Under the pieces are notes generated by a model. The model made no database searches and had not been told where the DNA came from. It saw only the letters and a list, made by a program, of their open reading frames with translations. The position numbers and the translations under genes are program-made. A stretch of 64,000 bases of DNA, taken from Pristiophorus japonicus. Its lineage: Eukaryota. The stretch lies in NCBI RefSeq assembly GCF_044704955.1, contig NC_091978.1:208382001-208446000 (forward strand), written 5' to 3'. Below are positions 34,840-47,980 of this stretch, piece by piece (the stretch's first letter is position 1; each line of letters starts with the position of its first letter).

Positions 34840-35838
34840 TCACACTGGTTATGATCTTAATTTCTTGAAACTTTGATCAAATCACCCCTTAACCGTCTAA
34901 ATTCCAGGGCATCCAACCCTGGATATGGTGGGAGGGATTTGTGTAATCCCTCCCACCATATAATTTAACCCCTGGAGTTACCAGATGTCATTCTGGTAAT
35001 CCAATACTGCACTCCCTCCAAGGCCAATATATCCTTCCGAAGGTGTGGTGCCAAGAAATGCTCACAGTACTCCAGATGTGGTCTAACCAAGATTTTGTGT
35101 AGCTGTAGCATAACTTTTACTCCCTTGCATTCTAGTCCTCTAAATATAAAGGCTAGCATTCCAATAGCCTTTTTGATTATTTTCTGTACTAATTCATGAC
35201 ATTGTTAATGATCTATGTACCTACACTGTTTTTAACTTTTCATCATTTAGAAAGTACTCTGTTCTAACCTTTTTAGTTCCAAAGAGGATGACCTCACATT
35301 TGCCTACATTGAAATCCATTTGCCACAGTTTAGCCCATTCACTTAATCTATCAATATCTCTGTAATGTTATGTTTCCATCTACACTGGCTACAATGCCAC
35401 CTATCTTTGTGTCATCGGCACACATTGGCTTTCTGTCCTATTATCCAAGTCGTTAGTAAATACAGTGAATAGTTGAGGCCCCAACACAGATCCCTGCGGG
35501 ACGTCACTAATCACATCCTGCTAATTAGAGTATCTGCCCATTATCCCTGGTGTATAATTCCCTGGTTTCCCCCTCAGTTAACGGAGTGACATGCGCAATT
35601 TTCCAATCTAAAGGAATGCTTCCTGATTAGAGAGAACTTTGGAAGATTATAGTTAGGGCATCTGCAATGTGCTCACCTACTTCTTTTAAATTCCTGGGAT
35701 GGAAACCATCTGGGCCTTGGGGATTTGTCATTCTTTAGTGCCATTATTTTCTTCATTACTGTTATTTTGCTTATGTTAATTTTGTTAAGTCCCTGTCACC
35801 GATTCAATATTAGTTTCCTTGAGATTTCTGGGATATTA
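34840..35838 (-). mobile_element. CR1 LINE fragment
   Basis: MLAFIFRGLE..LVRPHLEYC; decayed RT motifs. Confidence 0.8.
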
Positions 35839-35839
35839 T

Positions 35840-38057
35840 ACTACCGCTCTCGGTAGCGGGTACTGGTCTTGGAGTGACACCCAATTGATGGTGGCCTTGT
35901 AATTGTCACATATCCTGACCGACCCATCCGCCTTGAGCACCGGCACGATTGGGCTCGCCCAGTCACTGAATTCGACTGGCGAGATGATGCCTTCCCTCAG
36001 CAGGCGGTCCAATTCACATTCTATCTTTTCCCGCATCACGTATGGCACCGCTCTGGCCTTGTGGTGTACTGGCCTGGTGTCCGGGTTTATGTGAATCACT
36101 ACTTTGGCCCCCATGAAAGTGCCGATGCCGGGTTGAAATAATCAGTCAAATTTGTCCAGGACCTGTGGGCATGATACTCACTCCACAGAAGAAATTGCAT
36201 TGACATCGCCCCATTTCCAGTTCATGACAGCAAGCCAGCTCCTCCCCAGTAGTGCGGGACCATCCCCCGGGACAATCCAGAGTGGCAACCTGTTCTCCGA
36301 ATCTTTGTGGGTCACGACTACCGTGGCGCTGCCCAGCACTGGATGATCTCCTTTGTATACCTCCGTAGTTGTGCGTCAATCGGCAATAATTTTGGCCGCT
36401 TGGCCTTGGACACCCACAACCTTTTGAACTGTTTGATACTCATCAGGGACTGGCTGGCCCTCGTGTCTAGCTCCATTAATACTGGGATGCCATTGAGGAG
36501 CACTTTCATCATTATCGGTGGCATCCTGCTATATGAACTGTATATGTGCTCCACATGAACTCGCTGAACTTCAGCTTCCAGCGATTTCCTCCATTATTCA
36601 TTTGGCCTCATAGGGCTTACATAGACATAGAACATAGAAAATAGGTGCAGGAGTAGGCCATTCGGCCCTTCGAGCCTGCACCACCATTCAATGAGTTAAT
36701 GGCTGAACATGCAACTTCAGTAACCCATTACTGCTTTCTCGCCATTCCCCTTGATTCCCCCTAGTAGCACGGACTACATCTAACTCCTTTTTGAACTTAC
36801 ATCGGGCCCGTCCTCCTCATACATCAACCTGGCTGCAGGCTTCCTGCACATATGCGTCAAGTGACCGCTGACGTTGCAGTTTCTGCAGGTATATTGCTGA
36901 TATCTGCAAGCTCTGGCTGGGTGTTTGCCTCCACACCTCCAGCATGAGCTGGAGGCCCCGTTGTTGGAAACAAAAGGTCCATTACCAGTCGATCGTCTCT
37001 GACTGTGTCTGTGACTGTCCTTAAGCGCACTATTGACAGGTGTTGATGGCCCCATTACTGGCCGCATTGTCCCTTGCCATGGCGTGAATCGCCGTTCAGC
37101 TAGCCATTGTCTCTGTTGAATTCCCCCTTTGGGTTCGACTACATACTGGGACATGTCCAATTGCCCTTGTCTGCCTAGAGAACTGTGTGCCGCGTTAACA
37201 ATGTTGACTTCCTGGTCATTTGCCGCATTTGAGCCAAGATTTTTGTCATATATCATTCTGGTCTCTTCGTCCCCTGAGATAAATGTCTGGGCTATCAGAG
37301 CCACCGCTTCCAAGGTCAAGTCTTTGGTCTCAATCAGTTTCCTGAAGACCCCAGCGTGCCCGATGCCCTCAATAAAAAAGTCTCGCAGCATCTCTGCTCT
37401 ACATGCATCTGTGAACTTACATAGGCTCGCCAGTCGCCAGAGATCTGCCACGAAGTCAGGAACGCTTTGCCCTTCTCGCCACTCGTGCGTGTAAAACCGG
37501 TGCCTCGTCATGTGCATGCTGCTCGCTGGTTTAAGGTGTTCCCCGATCAACTTACTGAGCTCTTCGAACGTCTTGTCCGCCGGCTTCTCTGGCGCTAGAA
37601 GGTCCTTCATCAGGGAGTACGCTCTGGATCCACAAACCGTCAGGAGATGAGCCCTGCGTTTGACGGCCGAATCCTGTCCCAACCATTCTTTAGTGACAAA
37701 ACTTTGCTGTAGTCTCTCAATAAAGTCGTCCCAATCATCACCAACACAGTACCTCTCTTCTGTGCTGCTAGTGGCCATGCTCGCGTGGTTTAAATCCCAG
37801 TTTCTCATCGCCAATGATATGTCCTTACGATACAGTATAAATGCACACGAGGCCCATACTTGAGAGAAGGTCACTCTGTGACCAGTTGCCTTTATTACCA
37901 AGGCCTCAAGAGAGAGACGGTGGGTGTTGCTTCCCCTTGTATACCTGAAAGTCCAGGTTAGGAGTGTCTCCCACAAGTTCATCCCCTTGTGGTCAATGTT
38001 CTCAAGGTGTACAACTTCGATCAGCTTAGGGTTACAATGATAGTTGAATACATGACA
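35840..38057 (-). mobile_element. 3'-truncated Gypsy (Mag-like) element D: 5' LTR 38057-37815, PBS 37813, gag from ATG 37778, protease, start of RT
   Basis: TGTCATG..ATATCA LTR; PBS TGGCGATGAG; gag DDWDDFIERL with two CCHC knuckles; ELDTRASQS; WASPIVPVLK. Breaks off after QYPLPRA. Confidence 0.9.
36623..36795 (-). mobile_element. Short CR1 3' end inserted in Gypsy D, TSD CTTACAT
   Basis: CTTACAT at 36616-36622 and 36796-36802; sequence nearly identical to 17828-17995. Confidence 0.88.
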
Positions 38058-38174
38058 AAAAACATATTGGGTTCTAATATATTTAAGAAGGATAAGAAAA
38101 GGTGAGTGGTAATATTTGTTAAAGAGACAAGCCATGTTGTAGAGAGGGTTGATGTAGACAGGGGAAGAGCTGCT

Positions 38175-39555
38175 ATGGTCGGTACTCAAAGATGTCCTTG
38201 CCGGCCCCCCGCTCCTTGCCGACCTCTGGGCTTCCCGCTCCTTGCCAGCCTCCGGGCCTCCCGCTGCTCGACGGCCTCCGGCCTCCTGCTCTTTGCTGAC
38301 TTCCGGGCCTCCCGCTGCCGAGTGCATTACTCCCCTGCGCCCTGCTGATTTCAGATTCGGCTTCAAACTGCATTTCCGACCACTGCCCACTCACAGCCCT
38401 CATCCGGGCAGGTAAGTCATTGGCTGGTTGATTGATAAGTATCTCTCCTCTTTCTCTTTTATAACAGATAAGTCTAATTAGAGGGATGGAAGGGCAGCTC
38501 AGTTCTGTAGAGTGCATGTCCGGCGGCATGTGGGAAGTCCTGGACGCTTCGCGCAGCCTAGACTTCCATGTGTGCAGGAGGTGTCTCCAGCTTCAACTGC
38601 TCAAGCCCTACGTTTCGGAGTTTGAACAGCGGCTAGAGTCACTATGGTGCATCCGCGAGGCTGAGAGCTACGTGGATAGCATGTTTCAGGAGGTGGTCAC
38701 CCCGCAGTTAAGTATGCAGGTAGAGGGAAGTGGGTGAGCACCAGACGGAGGAAGAACACTCGGCAGGTAGTGCAGGAGTTCTCCCCGCACCCCCCCCCCC
38801 CCAACTCCCCGAGTCCACCTCGGTTTCTAACCACCGGTGAGAGCGATGGAGCCTCTGGGGAGTGCAGCCTGAGCCAAGTCCAAGGCACCACGGGTGGCTC
38901 AGCTTACGGGGCGGGGGGGGGGGAGGGACAAAGAATAAAAAAGCTTTAAAGAGTGGTAGGGGATTCAATAACTATGGGAATAGAGACATGACTCCAGGAT
39001 GGTATGGTGCCTCCCTGGTGCCAGGGTCAAGGATATCACAGAGCAGACACAGGACATTCTGGGGGGAGAGGATGAACAGCCAGAGGTCGTGGTCCATATC
39101 GGGACCAATGACAGGTAGAAAGAGGGATGAGGTCCTACAGGCAGAATTTAGGGAACAAGGAGAAAAGTTAAACGGTAGGACCTCAAAGGTAATTATCTCC
39201 AGGTTACTACCGGTGCCATGTGCTAATGAGTACAAGAACAGAAGAATAGAGAGGATGAATGCATGGTTGATGCAGGAGGGAGGGCTTTAAATTCCTGAGG
39301 CATTGGGACCGCTTCTGGGGGAGATGGGACCTGTACAAACTGGACAGGTTGCACCTCAACAGCGCCGGGACCAATATCCATGCGGGGAGTTATGCTCGTG
39401 CTGTTGGGGAGAGTTTAAATTAGCTTGGCAGGGGGATGGGAACCTAAGAACAAGGAAGTAAAGCTGCAATTGGAAAGCAAGAATGTAGAAAGTGAATCTG
39501 TAAGAGAGAGGAAAACAAGGCTTCGTAAATAATAATCAAGGAGGTCTTCCTGTGT
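38175..39555 (+). mobile_element. CR1 5' region: GC-rich 5' UTR and ORF1 (Cys-rich/leucine zipper plus SGNH esterase-like)
   Basis: MEGQLSSVECMSGGMWE..CRRCLQLQLL..LESLWCIREAESYVDSMFQEVVTP, then PEVVVHIGTND and KVIISRLLPVP. Confidence 0.8.
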
Positions 39556-39567
39556 AAATGCAAAGAA

Positions 39568-40678
39568 TATTGGGGGTAATGTACTGACGTGGATAGAGAA
39601 CTGGTTGGCAGACAGGAAGCAGAGAGTCGGGATAAACGGGTCCTTTTCAGAATGGCAGCCAGTGACTAGTGGGGTGCCTCAGGGCTCAGTGCTGGGACCC
39701 CAGCTATTTACAATATACATTAATGATTTAGATGAAGGAATTGAGTGTAATATCTCCAAGTTTGCAGATGACACTAAACTGGGTGGCGGTGTGAGCTGTA
39801 AGGAGGACGCTAAAAGGCTGCAGGGTGACTTGGACAGGTTAGGTCTGTGGACAAATGCATGGCAGATGCAGTATAATGTGGATAAATGTGAGGTTATCCA
39901 CTTTGGGGGCAAAAACACAAAGGCAGAATATTATCTGAATGGCGGCAGATTAGGAAAAGGGGAGGTGCAACCCTGGGTGTCATGGTACATCAGTCATTGA
40001 AAGTTGGCATGCAGGTACAGCAGGTGCTGAAGGCGTCAAATGGTATGTTGGCCTTCATAGCTAGGGGATTTGAGTATGGGAACAGGGAGGTCTTACTGCA
40101 GCTGTACAGGGCCCTTGGTGAGGCCTCACCTGGAATATTGTGTTCAGCTTTGGTCTCCTAATCTGAGGAAGGACGTTCTTGCTATTGAGGGAGTGCAGCG
40201 AAGGTTCACCAGACTGATTCCCAGGATGGCTGGACTGACATATGAGGAGAGACTGGATCAATTGGGCCTTTATACACTGGAGTTTAGAAGGATGAGAGGG
40301 GATCTCATAGAAACTTACAAGATTCTGACGGGACTGGACATGTTAGATGCGGGAAGAATTTTTCCGATGATGGGGAAGTCCAGAACCAGGGGACAGAGTC
40401 TTAGAAAAAGGGGTAGGCCATTTAGGACTGAGATGAGGAGAAACTTCTTCACTCAGAGAGTTGTTAACCTGTGGAATTCCCTACCGCAGAGAGTTGTTGA
40501 TGCCAGTTCATTGGATATATTCAAGAGGGAGTTAGATATGGCCCTTACGGCTAAAGGGCTATGGAGAGAAAGCAGGAAAGGAGTACTGAGGGAATGATCA
40601 GCCATGATCTTATTGAATGGCGGTGCAGGCTCGAAGGGCCGAATGGCCTACTCCTGCACCTATTTTCTACGTTTCTAT
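39568..40678 (+). mobile_element. Young CR1 3' part
   Basis: ORFs 39605-40000 and 40070-40597 encode the RT C-terminus; CR1 3' tail at ~40670. Confidence 0.92.
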
Positions 40679-41091
40679 CCTCTTCCTCTACTGTAAATAC
40701 CGATGCAATGTAATTATTCAACATGTCTGCCATTTCCTTATCATTGACAATATATCATGGTTATCAGTTTTCAAGGGACTAACATTGTTCCTGACCATCC
40801 TCTTTTTCCAAATACCATTGTAAAAAATGTGTTCATTTTGATGTCCCTTGCGCATTTCTTTTCATTCTCCCCTTTTGTAGCTCTTACTATCTGTTTTTGT
40901 CACCCTTTGCCATTGTTCGTATCTTTTCCATTCGACAGGATGTGTGTTATTTTTTGCATTTTTGGTATGCTTTTTGGCAAGTAGAGCTCTTCGCCCTTAG
41001 GGGTATAAACTGGTTCTGTATCACAAAAAAATTTTTTGAACACCTCCCACTGATCTTCTGTCATCTACCCATTAACAGATTTACCCAGTGA

Positions 41092-42908
41092 ATGTGGTGG
41101 ACAACTAATTTAGTCATTCACCACCAGATCTGGCTGGACCCCATAAAGCACTATCGGGTCATGCTCTCATCTGCCAAAACTGCTCACTATTCCATGATCA
41201 TTCTGGAATGTGAAGATAACCCCCAGCTTCTTTTCTCCATTGCAAACAGTCTTCTTAAATGCCTCTCTCCCTGGTCTTCTCCACACTCAGCTCCAACAAG
41301 TGAGGAGCTTATGGACGTCTTTGTTTCCAAGATTGAGACCATCCAATCAGCAGTCTCTGCCATTTCCCTTCCTTCCCCTAGCCCACCGGGCCAAACGTCC
41401 TCCAAGGCTCCCCCCCCGCCCTAGCCCTGCAGTTTTCTCCTGTTTATCTCCGATCTCTCCTGATGCCCTCTCCAAGCTCATCTTGCCCATGAGACTTCCT
41501 GCTCCCTTGACCCTAGTCTCACTAAACTGCTGACCACCCAACTTCCTTTTCTGGCTCCCTTGTTAGCTGATATTAACAGTTCTATCTCCTCAGATACTGT
41601 CCCCCTTTCCTTCAAATTTGCCGTCATCATTTCTCTCCTCAAAAAACCATTCCATGATCTTTCCACCTATACAATCTACTGCCCCACCCCCAACCTCCAT
41701 AGTCCTTAAAAGTGTTGCCCAAATCCATCCCCATATTTCCCGGATCTCAGTGTTTGAATCCCTCCAATTAGGTTTACATCCCATGCCACAGTACCGAAAC
41801 GGCTCATCAAAGTCACAAATGACGTCCTACGTGACTGCGACAAAGGTTAACTCTCCCTCATCATCCTTCTCAACCTGTCTGCAGCCCCTGACACGGCTGA
41901 CCACTCCATCCTCCTCCAACACCTCTCCACTGTCATCCAGCTGGGTGGGACTGCACTCGTCCGGTTCCATTTTCATCGATCTAATTGTAGCCAAAGAATC
42001 ATCTGTAATGGTTTCTCTTCTCACTCCCGCATAGTTACCTCTGCCTTCCCCCAAGGATCTATCCTCGACTCCAATATCCTTTTCTCCAATTAAATATTGG
42101 GAAGACCGAAGCCATTGTCTTTGTTCCCCACCACAAACTCCGTTCCATAGCTACCGACTCCATCCTTCTCCAGAGCATCTATCTGAGGCTGAACCAGACT
42201 GTTCATAACCTTGGTGTCATATTTGATCCTGAAATGAGCCTCCAATCACATATGTGCCATAACTAGGACCGCCTTTTTCCACCCCTGTAACATCACCCGA
42301 CTCCGCCCCTTCCTCAGCTTATCTGCTGCTGAAACCCTCATCTATGTCTTTGTTACCCCTGGACTTGACTATTCCAATGGCCTCCCACATTCTACCCTAC
42401 GTAAACGTGAGGTCATCAAAAACTCTGCTGCTTGTGTCCCAACTCGCATCAAGTCGTGTTCCCCCATCTCCCATGTTCGCTGGCCTACATTGGCTCCCAG
42501 TTAAGCCACTCCTCGATTTTAAAATTCTCATCATTGTTTTAAAATCCTTCCATGGCCTCGTCCCTCCCTATTTCTAAATCCTCCAGCCTCACAACCTTCC
42601 CCCCCCACCTCCCCCCAGATATCTGCTCTCCTCGAATTCTGGCCTCTTGAGCATCCCTGATTTTAAACACGCCACCATTGTTGGCTGTGCCTTCAGCTGA
42701 CAAAGCCCTGAGTTCTGGAATTCACTCCATAAACCTCTCAGTCTCTCTTTCCTCCTTTAAGACACCCCTTAAAACTTACCTATTTGATCAAGCTTCTGGT
42801 CACCTGCCCTAATTTCTCCTTATGAGGCTCAGTGGCAAATTTTGTTTCATACTGCTCGTGAAGTTTTACTGTGTTAAGGGCGCTGTATAAATACAAAGTT
42901 GTTGTTGA
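41092..42908 (+). mobile_element. L2 LINE ORF2, decayed
   Basis: SAKTAHYS..DNPQLLFS, LNIGKTEAI, GLHWLPVK..DFKILIIV.KSFHGL; (GTT)n tail. Confidence 0.85.
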
Positions 42909-43104
42909 CTCCTGCCTGCACAACTCCCGTCCCCAGTTAAAATCACCGCTTTAGAAAATGAATCACAAACTAAATTAAAAATAAAGAAAAACTATTGTAC
43001 TTATTTAAAAAGACTGCAGAATTAGTGTTTATTTTTGAAGTTATTATGGTGACATAGGAAGGAAGACTGGCTTGATAGGCATATTGAGCTAAATAGTTGT
43101 ACGA

Positions 43105-43490
43105 GACAGACTCCCAGTTCACTCAGTGAGTTCACCAGGAAGTAGCCGAGACCCATAGACCAGGAAGGTCACAGATTCCAAATCTGTGAGTGAGTTGATC
43201 TCAGTCAAGGCAACAGAAGGATTGCTACAATTGGCTTCAGCGGCTTGAGTTAAGGTTCCGGTCCCCGATTGCAATCCAATGATTACTGCTAGAAGTGTGC
43301 ATGTGTTGGGTACACAATTGGGCTTAGCCATGATGACCTGCACAGTCAAAAAGGCAGTTAACATCATGGCTCACAGGAATAATAGCAATTTGGGTGTGGT
43401 ATCCGAGGGAACCAGTCAGATGCTGAGCTAAACCTCACTAAGGAGCCAATACCTTGAGAGCAAAGGAGGGCTAAAGGTTGTGAAAAAAAA
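43105..43490 (+). mobile_element. LF-SINE-like element
   Basis: Collinear matches to the recalled LF-SINE consensus: GATCTCAG, CTACAATTGGC.TCAGCG, GGTTCC..TCC..ATT.C.ATCCA.TGA..ACTGCT.GAAGTGTG, GGCTCAC..GAATAATAGCAATTTGGG, GGAGGG; A-rich tail. Confidence 0.65.
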
Positions 43491-43529
43491 AAATAAAGTG
43501 AGATCATATTTTAACAATTACCGACATAG

Positions 43530-43785
43530 GAACAACTCGCATTTATATAGCGCCTTTAACATAGTAAAAAGTCCCAAGGCACGTCAAAGGAGCATTATCA
43601 AAATTTGACACCAAGCCATGTAAGGAGATATTGGGATCGATGACCAAAAGCTTGGTCAAAGAGGTTAAGGAGTGCCTTAAAGGAAGAGAGAGGTAGAGAG
43701 GCAGAGAGGTTTAGGGAAGGAATTCCAGAATTTAAGATTTAGGCGATTGAAAGCACAACCGCCAATGGTGGATGGAGAGTAATCA
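43530..43785 (-). mobile_element. L2 3' fragment
   Basis: Tail reads AACAACTCGCATTTATATAGCGCC on the plus strand; matches the other L2 3' ends. Confidence 0.8.
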
Positions 43786-44169
43786 AGTTTCAAAAAACAT
43801 TTGACAAGATTTTGTGATGGCAATTATGGTGATGAGAAAGTGAGCCATGATGTTAACTGCCTTTTTGACTCTGCAGGTCATCATGGCTAAGCCCAATTGT
43901 GTACCCCACACATGCACACTTCTAGCACTGCATAACAACAGAAAAGAGAGAAATTCTGGTAATGGCAACATTTGAACTCAAAAGAAACGGCAAATTTAAA
44001 CATTCGGTGTGCTGTAGAGTCTTGTGACTACAGTAAAGAGAAGGGGATTAGGGTTGATTAGGACATGGGAAAGGAAAGTCAGGGACAACATCCGATTAGA
44101 TGTTCCTATAACTGGTTACAATATATTATAAAATCAAAATTGGATTTGCGCATGATATACTATTACATT

Positions 44170-45130
44170 TACAATTATTTCTCTTTCGCTGAACAGTAAA
44201 TCTCCAGGGATAGAGGGATACTGAAGGAGACCAGGGAGAAGATTTGTGAGGCATTGACAATTGTTATGATGGAGTTACTGGACACTGGGGAAGTACCAAT
44301 GGATTGGAAAACTTACCAAAATGGTGGCAATCAAAAATTACAGAAGTAATTAGACAAAATGTGTAAACAATGACAGATGAAATTCAATACAGATAAATGT
44401 CAAGTTCTGCACATAGGAAGAAAAAATAGGAAGCACATATACTCCATGAATGGTGCTGAAATAGTTAAGGACAAAGGAGAAAGAGAGGTAGGAGTCTCAG
44501 TAGGCTTGACGCTTAACATGTCCAACCAATGCAAAGCAGCAATCAATAAACTCAGTACAAAATTGAACTACACAGCCAAAACAGTAGAATACAAGTCAGA
44601 GGAAGGCATGATTTACTACTGTTTAATACTGTGGTCAAAGCATACCTTCAGTATGGAGTTGAATTCTGGTCACTAAGACATGAGGGAAACAAACAAGCTC
44701 TGGAAGCAGTTAAAAGATGAGTCACAAGGCTGATTCCCAGTTTTAGAGGGCTGAGTTGAGGAAAGAATGGAGAAACCTCAGCTTTTCAGACTTGAAAGGA
44801 AGAGTCTGGGAGGTGATCTTAGAGATGTATTCACATTGTAAATGTTATGGAAAAGGTAAATCCAGAAAATTACTTTAAATTAAATAGTGAGAGTGGAACT
44901 CAGAGCCATAGGTTCAAACTCGTAAAAGGAAAATTTAGAACTGGCATCGGGATTTTTTTCTTCACACAAAGAATAATCAGCACATGGAATGGACTTTCAA
45001 AGAGTAGTGCAAGCAAATAAACCTAGAATTATTTAAGAAACAATTGGCTACTGCAATGGGAGAGAAACTATAAACCTACATGGCTAGATAAATTAAGTTG
45101 GGCCAAATGGCCCTTCTCATCTATAATTAT
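44170..45130 (+). mobile_element. Old CR1 fragment
   Basis: VPMDWK, MKFNTDKCQVLHIGRKN, FFTQRIISTWNGL. Confidence 0.75.
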
Positions 45131-45843
45131 ATTACAGTACGAGCCAATTTGACTGCAGTCATTCCATATACAAACTCAGAAATTCAACAAACTGTTGAGA
45201 GAAAGTTTCAAATTCATCTCCGAATCTACAATGTATTTTCTAGATGCATAAGTATAAAGCAACAGTTGCACAAATCCAGAGATTTCTACCTATACAGTTA
45301 AATTGGGTTTCAGGCAGCCTCACAGGATCAACAGAAACTTAAAATTAAGCTAGTAAATAACAAGATATTTATTCAAAAAGCATGAGTGAATGAGACAAAA
45401 CATGATCAGTCTCCCTGTGCTACTGGCAAGTTAATTCATCTCACAACTGACCTTCCTAATTTGATGTGTAAAAGCACTGAAGACTGCTTAACTTGATTTT
45501 TAGACGTGGTATTCAATTAGCTAAAATACTGACCCTTTGGAATAGTTGTTCACATTTCCAAGATGGACAGTCAGACCACAGAAGTATGAATAAAAAGGTA
45601 CAATCCTGAAGCCCAGGCATGAAATTGAAAGGCAAGTGGGTAGAGTAAATCTTCACCTATTTTTGGGAAGCCACATTAGCTATCCGTCAATTATACCTTA
45701 CCAGGAAAAATCACAGCTTTAAATTGCAAGTCTTGCACAGTGTGATTTACATCGTCCTCAGCTGTGATTATAAGAATTTGTATAGGAATCATTGGAACTG
45801 AGAAATGAATGATCTCTTAGGTGAACATAAAAGATCTCATGAC

Positions 45844-46005
45844 CAATATTTCTCCTAATTTTTATTTGGGTGCGTAGCCCCTTTAATGGACTGCGGGGCC
45901 CATTCAAAGTATCGTGCATGCGCAAAATTTCACGGTAAAAAAGCTGGTCCTGGGCTTTGTGGGACCGGTAGACAGCTGTGCGGTTGCAGCTTAGAGGGAA
46001 CATTT
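45844..46005. mobile_element. hAT-type MITE inserted in a Deu-SINE
   Basis: Ends CAATATTTCTCCTAA and TTAGAGGGAACATTT; 8-bp TSD CTCATGAC/CCCATGAC (1 mismatch) at 45836-45843 and 46006-46013. Confidence 0.65.
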
Positions 46006-46815
46006 CCCATGACACTATTCGAAGAGCAGGGCCAATATTTACTCCTCAACCAACAGCTCTAAAAACAGATTATCTGATCTGAATTATCACACTGCTTGTC
46101 TGACATCCAGTATTGGATGAACAGAAATATCTTCCATTGGAAAGACCAAAGCTATTATCTTCCCTCCCCGCCACAAGCTCTGTCCCTAGCCACCAACTCC
46201 ACCCCCCTCCCTGACCACTGCCTAAGGCCAACCTGGGTTGTTCGTAACCTCGGAGTCTTATTTGACTTCCGACCCTATATCCTCTCCATCACCAAAACTG
46301 CTTGCTTCCACGTCCGTAACATCGCCAGTCTCCGCTCTTGCCTCAGTACATCTCATATCCATGCCTTTACCACTAGACTCGACTATTCCAATGCCCTTCT
46401 GGCCAGCATCTAACCGTCCGTAAACTTGAAGTCATCCAAAAATCTGCTGCCTGTGTCCTAACTCACACCAAGTCCCATTCACCCATCACCCATGTTCACT
46501 GTACTGCATTGGTCCGGTAATGCCTTGATTTTAAAATTCTCATCCTTGTTTTCAAATCCCTCCATGGCCTCGCCCCCACATCTCTATAATCTCCTCCAGC
46601 TCTACAATCCTCAGATCTCCACGCTCCTCCAATTCTGGCCACCTGTGCATCCCTAATTTTCAGTGCTCCACCATTGGCAGCCATGCTTTCAGCTGTTTCG
46701 GCACAAGCTCTGAAATTTCCTCCCAACTCTTGTCCTCCTTTAAATCTCTCCTTAAAACCTACCTCTTTGACCAAGCTTTTGGTCACCTTTCTTAATATCT
46801 CTATGTGGCCCCGTG

Positions 46816-47980
46816 TCTACTACTACCACTACTACTACTTCTTCTGTATGGTAGTAACAAAGCGAATCAAACGTCAATATCCAAGTTGGATATCCAGGCC
46901 AAGCTTCCAGTGTAACAAGTGTGGATATCTTGTGGGCTGCCTGCAAATTTCCTCTGAGGGCAGTGTGCAATGATATGCTCCAGGGTCTGATTAGGAGCTC
47001 CACAGTCGCATGATAGGGGATGCTTTAATTTTCCACCTATGGAGAAGGTGGCAACATCTACCATGACCAGTTCTGAGGCGGTTGATGGTTGACCACTGTT
47101 TGCTAGGAAAGTTTGATCCTACAGGTTGTACTGTGGGCTCCTCTATAAGGAATCCATTCCGTATGTCACAGTTCTTCAAAGCATTTCGCCATCAGTTAAG
47201 GCTGAGGGAGATCGCTGAAGGGCTTCGGTGAAGGTCCAAAAAAGGCCTTCTAGATTTGAGATGGGTTGGTGGTAGGTTGTTCAAGTCGGCCTGGATCTGC
47301 ATGACTTTGCTGGTGTAGTGGTTGTATTCTCTGGAGACTGGATATTCACAACGTAGGTGTGATGGTTGCAAGTACGGGGAGCCAAGGTGTTGGTGTCAAT
47401 AAAAGTGTACCGATGATAATTCTCATAGTAGAATTCAGCTGGACATCAACGGATTTGACATGCGCACTTGATAGCCATGCCGGAGAGTAGTACTCCGCTG
47501 TAGAGCACACCAGGCTGAATGCTGCCGTAAGGAGGGTTTGAGCACCTGCTTTCCATGTGGATCCGGCGAGTTTCTGGATCAAGTTGACCTACTCTTTAGT
47601 TTCTTCCCAAGGTTCTGGAGATGTGTTTATATGACAGGGTGCGATCAAGCATGACTCCTAACTAGGAGGGTTTTTTGGCATGGTTTACTTCTGTGCCGCA
47701 AATGGAGACTTCCAAAGCTTGGTTTGCTTGATGGGTGTTGAGGTGGAATGTCGAGGTGACAGTGTTTCGTGGGTTTGGCTGGAGTCTCCATCGCAGAAGT
47801 AGGCCTCCATCCTCTGTAAATCACTGGTCAGGGTCTCTTCGGCGATGGACAGATTTGTGTTTTACGTGGACAAGGCAGTGTCATCAGCGTATACGAACTT
47901 GCGGGACTGTGTTTCGGGCAGGTCACTGGTGTAAACATTGAATAACATGGGTGCCAGGACAGAACCCTGTGGGAGTTCGT
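46816..47980 (-). mobile_element. Vingi/Ingi-like non-LTR retrotransposon, 5'-truncated
   Basis: LPQGSVLAPMLFNVYTSDLP..KFVYADDTAL; QKLAGSTW..LVCSTAEY..VDVQLNSTMRII.GTL..TPTPWLPVL; NRLRTGHGR..CDCG..QT.EHII.HCP; (GTA)n tail. Confidence 0.72.

Noticed and set aside
36780-38390. 536-aa ORF as a single gene
   Set aside because: It is a chance read-through of CR1 5' UTR, a CR1 scrap, the LTR and gag; only the part from ATG 37778 is real gag.
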